From Blastocystis sp. Blastoise (taxonomy: Eukaryota > Protista > Bigyra: Opalinata), in assembly GCA_039096225.1 (NCBI GenBank), contig JBBPEB010000004.1, positions 930,001-994,000 on the forward strand: 64,000 nucleotides of DNA. The letters are read 5' to 3'. A program made the translations under genes and the position numbers. The notes under the pieces are model-generated. The model did not search any database. It saw only the letters and a list, made by a program, of their open reading frames with translations, and had not been told where the DNA came from. Positions within the stretch are counted from its first letter, which is position 1, and each line of letters starts with the position of its first letter. Shown piece by piece: positions 1 to 11,466 of this stretch.

Positions 1-1717
1 TATAGCTACAGATTAATAATAAGAAAAGTATACAATTTGTAATAGAAGAGAAAAGAGGAATAAAAGATCCAAAATTAGTTTTTAATAATATAGATTGAAA
101 AGTAGTTTTTGGTTTTATATATTTATTCTTATAAGAGATAATACGAGATTGTTCATTAGATTCACCCATACGATCTACTACTTTAATTTTCAATTTATGG
201 GTTTTATTACTATAAAATAAATATATTATTATAATAAATAAATAAATATATATATATATATACTCTATAGTTAAAGGTGTAAAAGAATGTTGATATATAT
301 TATTATTATTTTTATTTAATGGAGAAATAAAAGTAGCAATTGTATCATCAATATAACTAAATATAGTTATTATTTAATAATTATGTTATAATATGTTATG
401 ATATTGTATAATATAATATAATAATATAATAGAATAATAATATAATAGAATAAAATAGAATAAACATTTCATACACAATAATTTCTTTTAATTCTAAATT
501 AGTAAATAAATATATAGTAATATCAATTGATATTCTTCCTTTTGTTTCACTGATATCAGCTTCAAAAACATTTCTTAAATGTTTATGTATATAATTAATA
601 TTCTTATGACAATCCTATTCAATAAAAGAATTATAATAATTATAATTATATATATACAGGTGGAGAAAGAATAGCAAAAATAGGTCCTTTCATATATATA
701 GACATATCAGTAGAAGATAAAATATCATTATATATCGTATATACACGAAACCTATATTTATTATTATTCATAATAATATATAAATAAAAATACATTTTAT
801 GATATTGAAAATCAACTAATTCTTGCTCTAATAAATTATAAGAATGAATACACTATATATATTATAGTTAAAATATATATAATTCTTATATATATATATA
901 TACAGATAAATTATTTCCTAATAATTGATGAATATGTCCACATAAATATAATTGACAAGGATAATGTAATAGTAATTGAGGTAAAGTATATCCTGAAGTC
1001 GATTTCGTACTTAAATTCATTGTAAACAAAGGATAATGACAAAATAATACATTATATGTATAATAACTAGAAATTATTTTATTTTATATATATTGTTATT
1101 TTATATATATTGTTATTTTATATATATTGTTATTTTATATTTATATATTATATTATATTATATATATATATTATATATATATATACGTTCCATTTTGTAA
1201 TACTAATTCTAAATGATCTAAAATATCTTTTGTCAACCAACCACAAAAATATCGTAAAGGAGGACGATTTGCATCTATACCTATAAACCGAATAGACTTC
1301 GTTCCAAATGAAAAACTCTTCTCATATCTATTTTTATATTATTATTATTTATTTTATTATTTATTAATCAAATAAATTAAATAAATCAAATAAATTAAAT
1401 AAATTAAAAAAAAAACAATAATAGCTATATACACAGAATCAAAACCTTCATAACCAAATACAGAATGACTTTTTGAATAATCTACACCTAAAGGTCTTAC
1501 ATCACGACAATCATGATTACCACGAACATCCAACCATTTATCAGAAGTAAAATAACCATATTCCTTCAATGTCTCCGAATATCTATATATATATATTATT
1601 CATATCCACTTATATCATCATATTATTATTCTATATAACTTTTCAAACATAATATATTCTTCATATTCTTATTATATCTATATACATCTTCCATTCATCG
1701 ACTACTTGCTCACCAAG
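1..1717. repeat. Near-identical dispersed duplication, copy 1 (partner 39097-40808)
   Basis: Exons and introns match base for base apart from a few SNPs and intron microsatellite lengths; identity ends abruptly after ...CACCAAG. Confidence 0.95.
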
Positions 1718-1921
1718 TTTAGAAGGACCAATAGAATCTGTTATATCTCCTGTTGTAACAACTAAATCAGGTTTGATAATAGATATATCTTCTTTTAAAA
1801 AATGATCAAACAATTCATTTTTCGTATTATCTTCTGATGCGCTAATATGAAAGTCTGTTGCATGTATAAAACAATAAAAATCACGTTTTGACATCAACTT
1901 TGACAATCGACTTTTCGGCAT
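1..1921 (-). CDS. TMEM62-like calcineurin-type metallophosphoesterase membrane protein, copy A (multi-exon; 3' end runs off the window)
   Basis: Spliced translation contains metallophosphoesterase motifs TDFH, TGDITD, RGNHD, CHYP and CGHIH. All junctions checked are in-frame GT-AG. ATG at 1921 (MPKSRLSK). Confidence 0.8.
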
Positions 1922-2237
1922 ACCCTTTTTGAAATATTGAACAACATTAAAAAACAATTTACTCTGTTTAATGAATAAGAAAGTATTCAAAAATTATTTT
2001 TTTATAAAAATCAGCTTGATAAAATTTGTAAAAAAAAAATAAACAAAACAATAAATTTATAAAGTGATAATTAAAACGACAACAAAGAGATTTACAGCTA
2101 TAAAAAAAAGCATATTTATTAGAAAAAAGTAAGTCTATGATAAAAATAAGCCATAAATAGCAAATACATATATATAAATCTAAAGAATAGCGTTAATAAA
2201 ACTTAAAAAGATTGAGAATAGTAGAATATGAATATTT

Positions 2238-3941
2238 TTAAAGATCAGTAGGAAGATTAGTATTGATATCTTTAGATTCAGGTATAGATTCAGGTATAGA
2301 TTCAGTATTTGAAGCAGGTTCCTTAACAGTTTCAGAATTAGATTGAATAGAAGCATCCTTAAATGTTTCTACAACACCATCCTATAGAATATATATATAT
2401 ATATAATAATTTTGAATAATAATGGATATATAATAATAAAAATACTATTTATATATAGATACAGTAAATCCATTGACGGTATCTTTGATATTATTATAGA
2501 AATCTTTGGTATTAGCATTACTTTGAAGAGAACTATCAATAGTTGTAGCAGTTGATTTTATTAAAGAAAAAGCACTTGTGAAGAAAGAACCTACTTTTTC
2601 ACTAATACCATATTTGGTATCTACAGCTGATACTATATTTATATTGATTCATAATATTATAATTTAAAAAACATAGAATAGAAATATATCAATATAATAG
2701 AGTAATAATAATAAATACAATTTTGTTTAGCAGTTTCAATTCCTTGATTAATATGTATTTTATCATCAATAGATTTATAGACTTGTTTTGTACTATTCGC
2801 AAGATCATCTACTCCTTCCTTTAATGTAGTTTCTATAAAGATATACTTATTCTTCTTCATATATGATAATAAGAAATATATTAATGAAATAACTACTAAT
2901 TGAATATTAATATATATATATATTAATAATAAATAAAGTATAACAAAATACCATATGTAGTTTTAATTTCATTAGCAATTGTATGTGAAGCAGTGAATGT
3001 CTTTTGAAGAATCTTAGAAGCAGTTTTATTAACTATATATATTATAGTAATAGAAGAAAGATTAAGTATGTATATAAATACCTAAAATATCAAGATTAAT
3101 TATGTATATAAATACCTAAAATATCATTGAAAGATTTAGAGAGTTCTTTACGCACAGGAACGTCAAATATTGTCTATATTATATTAATATAGTTTTAAAG
3201 AATTAAAAAATATAATTATAAAATATCATATATAAAAATAAATATATATATAAAATAAATTTATATATATAAAAATAAATATATATAAAAAACAAATTTA
3301 TATATATATATATATACTTCAGGAGCAATTTCAAAAGCAGCTTTCATCGTGGATTCTGAAGGGAAAAGAAGACATATATAAGTAAGAGAAGGTTTATTTT
3401 CAAGAGGACAACTAGAAATAACAATATAATTATATACTATTGAAAAATCATAATGAATATATATATAATATATATTAAAATTCAATAATATTGAAATATA
3501 CTTTTTAATTGTTAATGTTAAATCAGCAAAACTTTCAAACCATTGACGTAACATAATATTAATATTACCTTCATCAGCATGAGAGAGTTCTCCAATTAAA
3601 AAGAAAGAACGAAGAATATCCATAGGTTCAAGAGGAACAGGACTCGTTCTATAAAATTGAATATGAATACACACATTTTCAAAAGAAGAATATTGATAAG
3701 GAAATAATTAGAAATCTATATACCTCTTAACAACGATAGTACTAGCTTCAGTACAACCACAATTTAAAAATTCCATTTCATCATGTAAAACATTACCACG
3801 TAAGTAAAGTTCGATCTCAGGAGCTAGAATTCCTACAAGAGGTTCTAAGACTTGTTTTACATGGTAAACATTGACATCAGGATTAATAAAGAGTTGATGA
3901 AGTTTCTCATCACATTTAAAGGTTACATTGAGTCCACTCAT
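2238..3941 (-). CDS. Protein with N-terminal ubiquitin-like domain and helical C-terminal repeats (Vip1/BPA1-like DxKYGIS), 7-8 exons
   Basis: Exon 1 VNVYHVKQVLEPLVGILAPEIELYLRGNVLHDE fits a Ubl fold; later exons contain SIDDKIHI and AVDTKYGISEKV; stop after LPTDL. Confidence 0.55.
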
Positions 3942-4344
3942 TGTAAAATAATTATAAATTAAGCAGTAATTGAAGTAATAAAAGTAAAAAAATGCTTTTG
4001 TTTTTAAACTCAATAAAGAGAAGCTTTCAGAATTTCTGAAGAATTCCTGAATGAAAAACTGTCTTTATCCCACAAAGTGACGGAGATATTCACGGTTATG
4101 TCTCCTTTTTTTAAGGATTTGAAACTGTATCCTTTTTTCTGTTCTTTTATCAATAGCTATACAGTTCCTTCATTTGAAGACAAATCAACGATATATTCAA
4201 TGTTATAGCGTCTATTTCATTATTAAAGCAAGAGTGTGTAACTTGTTTAAGTGAAATGAGTTGTAATTATTCTTTATAAAACATTTATTTTACAATTATA
4301 AAACAATGGAGAGAACCATAAAATATTAAATGAAATAGAAAACA

Positions 4345-6732
4345 TTAGTTTGATGCTAAATATTCTTTTAATGGGTATTGAATGTTGTTTGCAAGTTGAA
4401 TAACATCACGTTCGCTATAGAAATAATTAATAAAATATAAGAAAAATAAAATTAAAAATATTAAGAGCATACCTAACTGCACATTTGAAGGTATTTGTTT
4501 CATTATACATATCATTATCGACAGATATATTACCTCTTGTATGAATGAATATTCCAGCACAAATAAGCATATTGATTTGTGAATGAAGAGATGCTAAAGA
4601 AGATATCAATCCTTTATCGATTCTATAAAATTCATTCATATATAGAATAATGAAATAATATATATTTATATATAAAGAAGAGATTAAAATAAATAAATAT
4701 ATACGTTGATAGAATGGCTCTATACATAAAAATCAAACGATTGATGGAAAATGTATATATAGAAATAGGAGAAGGTTTTTTATATTGCTTCCTTTTTCCT
4801 TTCTTTTTCTTTAATTGAATTGCTTCAACAAATTGTTCATCACAACTTTCATCATAAATAGAACATAAATAACTATATATATATAGAAATAACTTTTGAT
4901 ATAATAAATATTGTGATAGATATATATATATAGAAAAAGATGTTAAAAAAATAAATGTAGCGATAAATATATATATATACCTTGCAATAATTAATAGTTT
5001 TGTATTAAAACTGAATTCTACACCACAATATGAATAAATATCTATTCCTTCCTATTAATAGAATCATATAAATAATAGAGTATATAATTTATAGTATATA
5101 ACTCTATAAAAAAGTATAATTCAATAATTATAATCAAAATAAATTTAATCAAAATTTAATAAAAATAAATTTAATCAAATGTATATAAGTATATCAATTA
5201 GAAAGATATAATTATAACAAATGAATAGAATCAAATAAATATGATATGAATAACATAATAATAATCACTGAAATATGACTATATATACCATTAGATCTTG
5301 TTGGGAAATATCGATCATTTCATCCTTTAAATTATCTGTTTTCCCTTGGGAATCTGACGTATTACATATATGAAGTGGATAAATATTTGTATAAATATGT
5401 TTGAATATATATTGATATAAAGGATTTGATAATAGATCTATATTTTCTTTATTTTCTTCTTTTTGATATATATATGAATAGAGAATAGATATATATATAT
5501 CTAGATCCATCAAGTTATGTATATAGATATATAAACAATTAATGACCAAAGAAATAAATTTCACAAGGTTCTAGAAATATAATAATTATTATTCATATTT
5601 TGTTAAATTATAATACTAATAATTAAAGGTTTATATATATAGTAAATAATTATCATTTATATTTAAAAAAAACTATAATAATTAAATATCTAAAAATAAT
5701 CAAAAAACATTATTTATTATTTCTTTAAAAATCAAATAATAATTAAATATCTAAAAATAATCAAAAAATACTATTTATTATTTTTTTAACAACTATAATA
5801 ATTAAATATCTAAAAAATAATCAAAAAACATTATTTATTATTTCTTTAAAAATCAAATAATAATAAACATCCAAACATAATAAAAATTTTAATTATTTAA
5901 AAATCAAAAATAATAATAAATCTATATACTTTGTCTGTCAATTGATATGTATATAGATATAAAACTTGTTGAATAGAGAGAAGAGGAAGATCCACATGTA
6001 TATATGCATCAATTTGACTAGGTATATGAATACTACCCAAACCAATAAGACCAATTCCCGCGATTTTCTCGCTTAAATGAAAGAGATGATCTTGTAATAT
6101 CATTGGAAGACAATCAAAATTTTCTATAATAAGATAATTTTGAATATTTTTTTCTGTATATAAACTTTTGATATCAATCAGAATTTCAGATGGAGTCAAA
6201 ACTACTGAATTAATATGCTCCATACTCTATTAAATATTAATGAAATATATTTAGAAATATATTATTTATATCATTATAAATAAAGATTATATATATACAG
6301 AGATATAATCAACAATATAAGTGAGAATATCAGACAAAGTAGTATGAGATCGAGCAAAATAAGTCATAAATGGAATCTGTTTCTCATTTAATGCTTCTTC
6401 TACAAACTGTTTCCTTTGAATACAAGGCTGACTAGTCACATAAATAAATGTTCCTTGAGGCTTCTATAATTAAAATAGAATTAGCAAATAAAAAAAAAAT
6501 CAAATTGTGTCAAAAAAAAAATGATATATTTATCTTATAAACAAAATTTAATAATGTTAATATAATATATATCATTATTAGACAATCTTGAAGAAGAACC
6601 TAAATAACTTACAGGATTAATCAACGACGACAATAAATTAAATTGTTCATTCCATATCATTGGTTCATCTATATTTTGATTTATTCTATCCTCATGAATT
6701 GCACTGTAATCTTGGGATCGATACGCTGACAT
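4345..6732 (-). CDS. ORC5: Origin recognition complex subunit 5-like
   Basis: C-terminal KLLIIASYLCS...KKKKGKRK...FSINRLIFMYRAI...LHSQINML...FKCAVSERDVIQLANNIQYPLKEYL matches the ORC5 C-terminal pattern; YLIIENFD is the Walker B-like region. Confidence 0.7.
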
Positions 6733-7309
6733 TTTCCCTAGATGAAATACATATATATATATTTAATTTCTTCAAATTAGCTTTTTTGTAAAGCATAAAT
6801 AAATATAAAAGAGAAATCTAGTCTAGTTTTACAACTTACAGCTATATATTGAAAGAGAAAACAAAAAGAAAGCCAACTCTATTTGTTTCTTGTTAAGAAA
6901 TTTCCAGCAAATTCAAGGAAAGAATTTTTTTTTTTGGAGTCACTTCAAATTTTTAGAATTCATTAAGGTCTATTCTAAAAATGTTATTCAAATTGGGTCT
7001 GTCAATGAGACTTTCATGAATATGACTGGATATAAAAGAACGAAAAACAGGAAAAATGAGTTATTTGCGCTTCTATTGGTTAATAAAAGAGGAATTACTG
7101 GTGAAGATCAATCTAAAATAAACTTTGTTTAAGGAAAAACATCACAATGGCCCAATCAATAAGGACAATTCCGAAAACAAAAAATACGCCAATCATTTAT
7201 TCTTTTTTTCTTCTCCACAAAATGTTTGATGTTTAAAGAGAACTATTTTATATTTCTTTTTTTTTTGCTTTTTGAACACTTTTTCAAGTGTTACAATAAA
7301 TTTGGAATA

Positions 7310-8776
7310 ATGGGTGCAGATATTAAGATAAGAAAGAGTACTTATGTTTGTATGATCATTATTGGATGTATTTTACAAGCATTCAACGGTTTTATTGATT
7401 ATTCCAGAAGTATTCTTTTCGATTCAATTAAAACACTCTTTACAATTGATGATACAACCCTAAGTTTAATCTCTTCTTCATTGGGTTACTCTATGATCCT
7501 CTTTTGTTTCGCTGCTACTATGATTCTTGATAAGTGGGGTATGAAACCTGTTCAGATCATAGGTATTGTTGCTTGGCTTATTAGTTTCTTTGGTATGTGG
7601 ATGTGGAAAACTTTCGCTCCTGTCGTGACATTCTTAGTTTTTATGTGGCTTGGTACTTCGTTTGTTATGATTGGTGTTAATGCTGTTGGTACGACAGTAT
7701 TTGTTAGAAACCCTGCTTTGATGGTTGGTATTCTTAATTTTGCTGCTGGTATCGGTGGTATTTTATGTCCTTTTATCTATAACCCTATTTTAAATGCTTT
7801 TGATAATGATTTTACTTATATATATGTCTTCTTTGCTATTCCTTGTATTTTATTTTTAATTTTCATTTTATTTGTACGTTATGAATGGACTATTATTCCT
7901 GATCGTTCTGAAATGGAATCAAATACTAAAGTAAATCCTTTTGCTGTTTTCAAAGATCCTCTATTCTATGTCTTCTTAATACTCGTTGGTTGCATGCAAC
8001 AAATACATTTTATGACTATTGATTGGTCACTTATTTATTTAAAGAATTATTTATCTTGGGATGGTACTAAGGGAGCTACTTTTATTACTATTTATTCTGC
8101 TACATTTACTGCAGGTCGTCTTATATATAGTGCTATTGGTGGTAAGATTGGTAGTTTTAATTATATGATGTTTACTACTTTTTGTGCTACTCTCTTTGCT
8201 ACTATTGGTTTATGTTTTACAAATGACGGTGCATTTGTCATCTCTATTATTGGTTTATTTACTGGTCCTTTCTTCCCTGTAATGGTCACTATGGCTATTG
8301 ATGTATGGGGAACAGGTGCTACTATTGCTTCTAGTTATTTGATTACTTTATATTCTATTATTAAAGAGTTACTTAATGTATCTGTTGGTGTTATTAATGA
8401 TAAATGGGGTACTGAATGGGGATTCCGTATGATGGTACCTATTGGTATAGTTCAATTAATTATTGTTATTTGTATTAAATGTGTAGTGAATAAGAGAGAA
8501 CAAGATAAGAAAAATAAGAAATTACGTATACATAAAGATATTGAATCGAATGTTACTGAAGAGAAGTTTGAAACTGATATTGATAATGTTACTATTAAAT
8601 CTAGTACAGAAACTCTTAATGAACATTTAGATAATAATAAACCTAATCATAATGAAGAAGAAGATAAGAATAAATTAGATAATGATGATATTTCTATGAT
8701 GCATCCTGTTGCTTCTCTTGCACAAATGAAAGATGAATTAAATTCTAAACCTGAAACACCTCTTCCTGAAAATTAA
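7310..8776 (+). CDS. Major facilitator superfamily transporter (FucP/GlcP-like), intronless
   Basis: About 12 hydrophobic helices, motif A-like ILDKWGMK, and GPFFP. Start MGADI is shared with the adjacent paralog. Confidence 0.85.
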   Translation: MGADIKIRKSTYVCMIIIGCILQAFNGFIDYSRSILFDSIKTLFTIDDTTLSLISSSLGYSMILFCFAATMILDKWGMKPVQIIGIVAWLISFFGMWMWKTFAPVVTFLVFMWLGTSFVMIGVNAVGTTVFVRNPALMVGILNFAAGIGGILCPFIYNPILNAFDNDFTYIYVFFAIPCILFLIFILFVRYEWTIIPDRSEMESNTKVNPFAVFKDPLFYVFLILVGCMQQIHFMTIDWSLIYLKNYLSWDGTKGATFITIYSATFTAGRLIYSAIGGKIGSFNYMMFTTFCATLFATIGLCFTNDGAFVISIIGLFTGPFFPVMVTMAIDVWGTGATIASSYLITLYSIIKELLNVSVGVINDKWGTEWGFRMMVPIGIVQLIIVICIKCVVNKREQDKKNKKLRIHKDIESNVTEEKFETDIDNVTIKSSTETLNEHLDNNKPNHNEEEDKNKLDNDDISMMHPVASLAQMKDELNSKPETPLPEN

Positions 8777-9136
8777 ATATACTCGCTTCTATTTTATTTT
8801 ATAAATATATATTTAATAATTCTTTTCTTTTTTTCTACTTTTTTGTGTGTTTATATTTGTATATTTTCGAAACATAAAATTATTACATGATTACTTCTTT
8901 TTTATATTTTATTATGAAGTAAACTTAAGTATTTACACTATTTATTTCTATAAATTATTTATAATATAGTTGTTTTATATAAAAATAAAAATATTATTGT
9001 TTTTTTTGTGTATTTTTTTTGTTATGTTTTCTATATTTTCTTAATAATCATTTAAAAAAAAAAACAAATAGTCAAAACAACAACAATTATATATTTTGAA
9101 CACCTATTACATAAAAATAAAATGAAACGAAAAAAA

Positions 9137-10468
9137 CTAATTTTGAGCATTTGGTGAAGAAGGAGAAGGAGTTTTAATATCTTCTTTAATATCTATAGCA
9201 ACAGGAGTTATTTCACTCATTGGAGTTTCTTTATCAATTTGAGGAATAGCTTGATGAATCACTAACTTCTTTCTATTTAATCGCTTAACCATCATTACTT
9301 TAGCAATAATAACTAATATTAATTGAAGTACACTATAAGGTACCATAAGTCGGAATCCCCATTCATATCCATAAGTATCATTAACAAGACCTACAGCATA
9401 ATTCATGATTTCTTTAATAATACCATATAAAGACACTAATAGACTCATAATAATAGTAGAATTAGATCCCCATGTATCCATTGTCATTAAAACAAGAAGA
9501 GGAAAAGTAGGACCAGTAAAGAAACCTACTCCAGCTAATAAATAGGCACCATCATTAGTAAAGCACATACCTAATGTAGAAAAGATCACAATTCCAACAG
9601 TAACTTCAATCATAGCATTATGAGGACCTAATTTACTAGTAATAAAACTAAATAAACAACGACTAATAGCATAAATAATAGAATATATCTGATTAAAAAT
9701 AGATCCTTTTTCTGTTGGTTTCCAACCTAAATAATTCTCTAAATAAATTAAACCCCAATCTAAAGTCATAAAATGAATTTGTTGAAGACAACTACATATA
9801 AGTAATTCAACCCAAAATAATGGATCTTTAAAACAACCAAATGTACTCATTTTAGGAGCATTTAATTCTTCTTTATCAGGAATAATAGTCCATTTATTAC
9901 GAGTAATAATAATATATATAAGGAAAACAATACAGAAACAACCAAAAACTAAATAAACATACCAATAAGCATTTTCATAAGTAGCTAAAATAGGAGTATA
10001 AATATAAGGACCTATTAATAAGCCAACACTATAAGCAAAATTAATTAATCCTACCATAAGAGCAGAATTTTTAACAAATATTGTTGTAGGAAGAGCAGTT
10101 GCACCAATATTTGTAAAGGCAGTACCAAACCACATAACAAAAAGACAAGCAATTACCCAAGTATAATCATGAATATAATATAAAAGAATGAAAGCTATAA
10201 GCCATACAACAATACCAATAATCTGAACAACTTTAAATGAAGACTTTGCTAATAACAAAGTAGCAAGAAACATAAATACAATCATAGCATAACCTAAACA
10301 AGAAACAATCAAACCAGTTACAGAAGAATCGATGTCGAATAATTTCTTTATAGAAGAGAATAGAATACTTCTTGAAGAATCAATGAAACCATTAGATGCT
10401 TGTAAAAGACATCCTATTATACACATAGCCGTATATGTATATTTAGAGATAATAATATCAGCACCCAT
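9137..10468 (-). CDS. MFS transporter paralog, intronless, convergent with 7310-8776
   Basis: Collinear with the first copy (MGADI, NGFID, FKDPL, QQIHFMT, CFTNDGA, EWGFR). Confidence 0.85.
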   Translation of the reverse strand: MGADIIISKYTYTAMCIIGCLLQASNGFIDSSRSILFSSIKKLFDIDSSVTGLIVSCLGYAMIVFMFLATLLLAKSSFKVVQIIGIVVWLIAFILLYYIHDYTWVIACLFVMWFGTAFTNIGATALPTTIFVKNSALMVGLINFAYSVGLLIGPYIYTPILATYENAYWYVYLVFGCFCIVFLIYIIITRNKWTIIPDKEELNAPKMSTFGCFKDPLFWVELLICSCLQQIHFMTLDWGLIYLENYLGWKPTEKGSIFNQIYSIIYAISRCLFSFITSKLGPHNAMIEVTVGIVIFSTLGMCFTNDGAYLLAGVGFFTGPTFPLLVLMTMDTWGSNSTIIMSLLVSLYGIIKEIMNYAVGLVNDTYGYEWGFRLMVPYSVLQLILVIIAKVMMVKRLNRKKLVIHQAIPQIDKETPMSEITPVAIDIKEDIKTPSPSSPNAQN

Positions 10469-11466
10469 AGCTGATAATTCTTCTTAAAATAGTATTAAAA
10501 TGTTTCTTTTAAGAGTACACAGTTAAACAACCATTCTTTTTCTGAATCTCTTCCTTAATCTGAGTCTCAGTAGTGTTTCAATTCTTATCAGTAAATGAAT
10601 GGTTAAGAACTCTTTTTTTATTATTTACATGAATATATCTGAAATTTTACTATAGAAGCAATATATAAACACGATTCTTTTACTATCCAATAATATCAAC
10701 TAAATCTCAAATTATCCTCACTCATTGGGTTTTCTTGAGATTCATCCAATCATTTCATATTTCATTTTATTATTAACGTCATGCAAATAATACGTAAAAA
10801 AAAGAGGTTATTTTTATTATTTGCTAAAAATAAATATATATAGGATTAATATCCGCTCCTCTAATATTGTTTAACTATGAATTGAGACTTCAAACTTTTT
10901 GAAATAATTATTTACGTAAACTATGACTTCATTAATTTTCTGGTTGATTTACTTTTGACAATTACAAATGAAATGATTCAATATGCTTAGTAAACGATGT
11001 TTCTAAACTTTCCTGCTTAAAAGTTATACTAAATTTGATGAATAATAATGTTTGGAAAGAAAGTTTTTAATATTTGTTGAATAATCATAAACAGGCTTTA
11101 ATATATTTATATATTTTATTTTAAATATATATGTGATCATTATAATGAATAGCAATATATCTTTTATACTGTGAAACAAATACTATTTAAAACAAAATAA
11201 ATATAATATAATAAAAACAATACAAATAATATTTAATAAAAACTAGAAACTCCAAAAGGAAAAATTAAAAAAAAAACAAAAATAGAAACATAGATAAGAG
11301 ATATCACTAATTTATTGAATACAATAAATAGAAAAACACGTCAAAACAAAATAATAAATATTTGCTTTTCAAAGAAACATAGAAAAAAAATGGAAACAAA
11401 AAATAAAAAGAATAAAAATAGTTAATAAAGTAGATTTTAGAATAAAATAGACTTTTAAATATAGAT

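Noticed and set aside
4127-4138. GTATCCTTTT, a U12 donor-like motif
   Set aside because: Intergenic, on the strand opposite both neighbouring genes, with no exon to attach.
5670-5900. ~57-bp tandem repeats (also ~37-bp at 16757-16890) as a CRISPR-like array
   Set aside because: Degenerate intronic minisatellites with no unique spacers or cas genes.
7226-7309. N-terminal extension of the MFS ORF
   Set aside because: The paralog starts at the homologous MGADI, so the upstream T-rich stretch is probably UTR.
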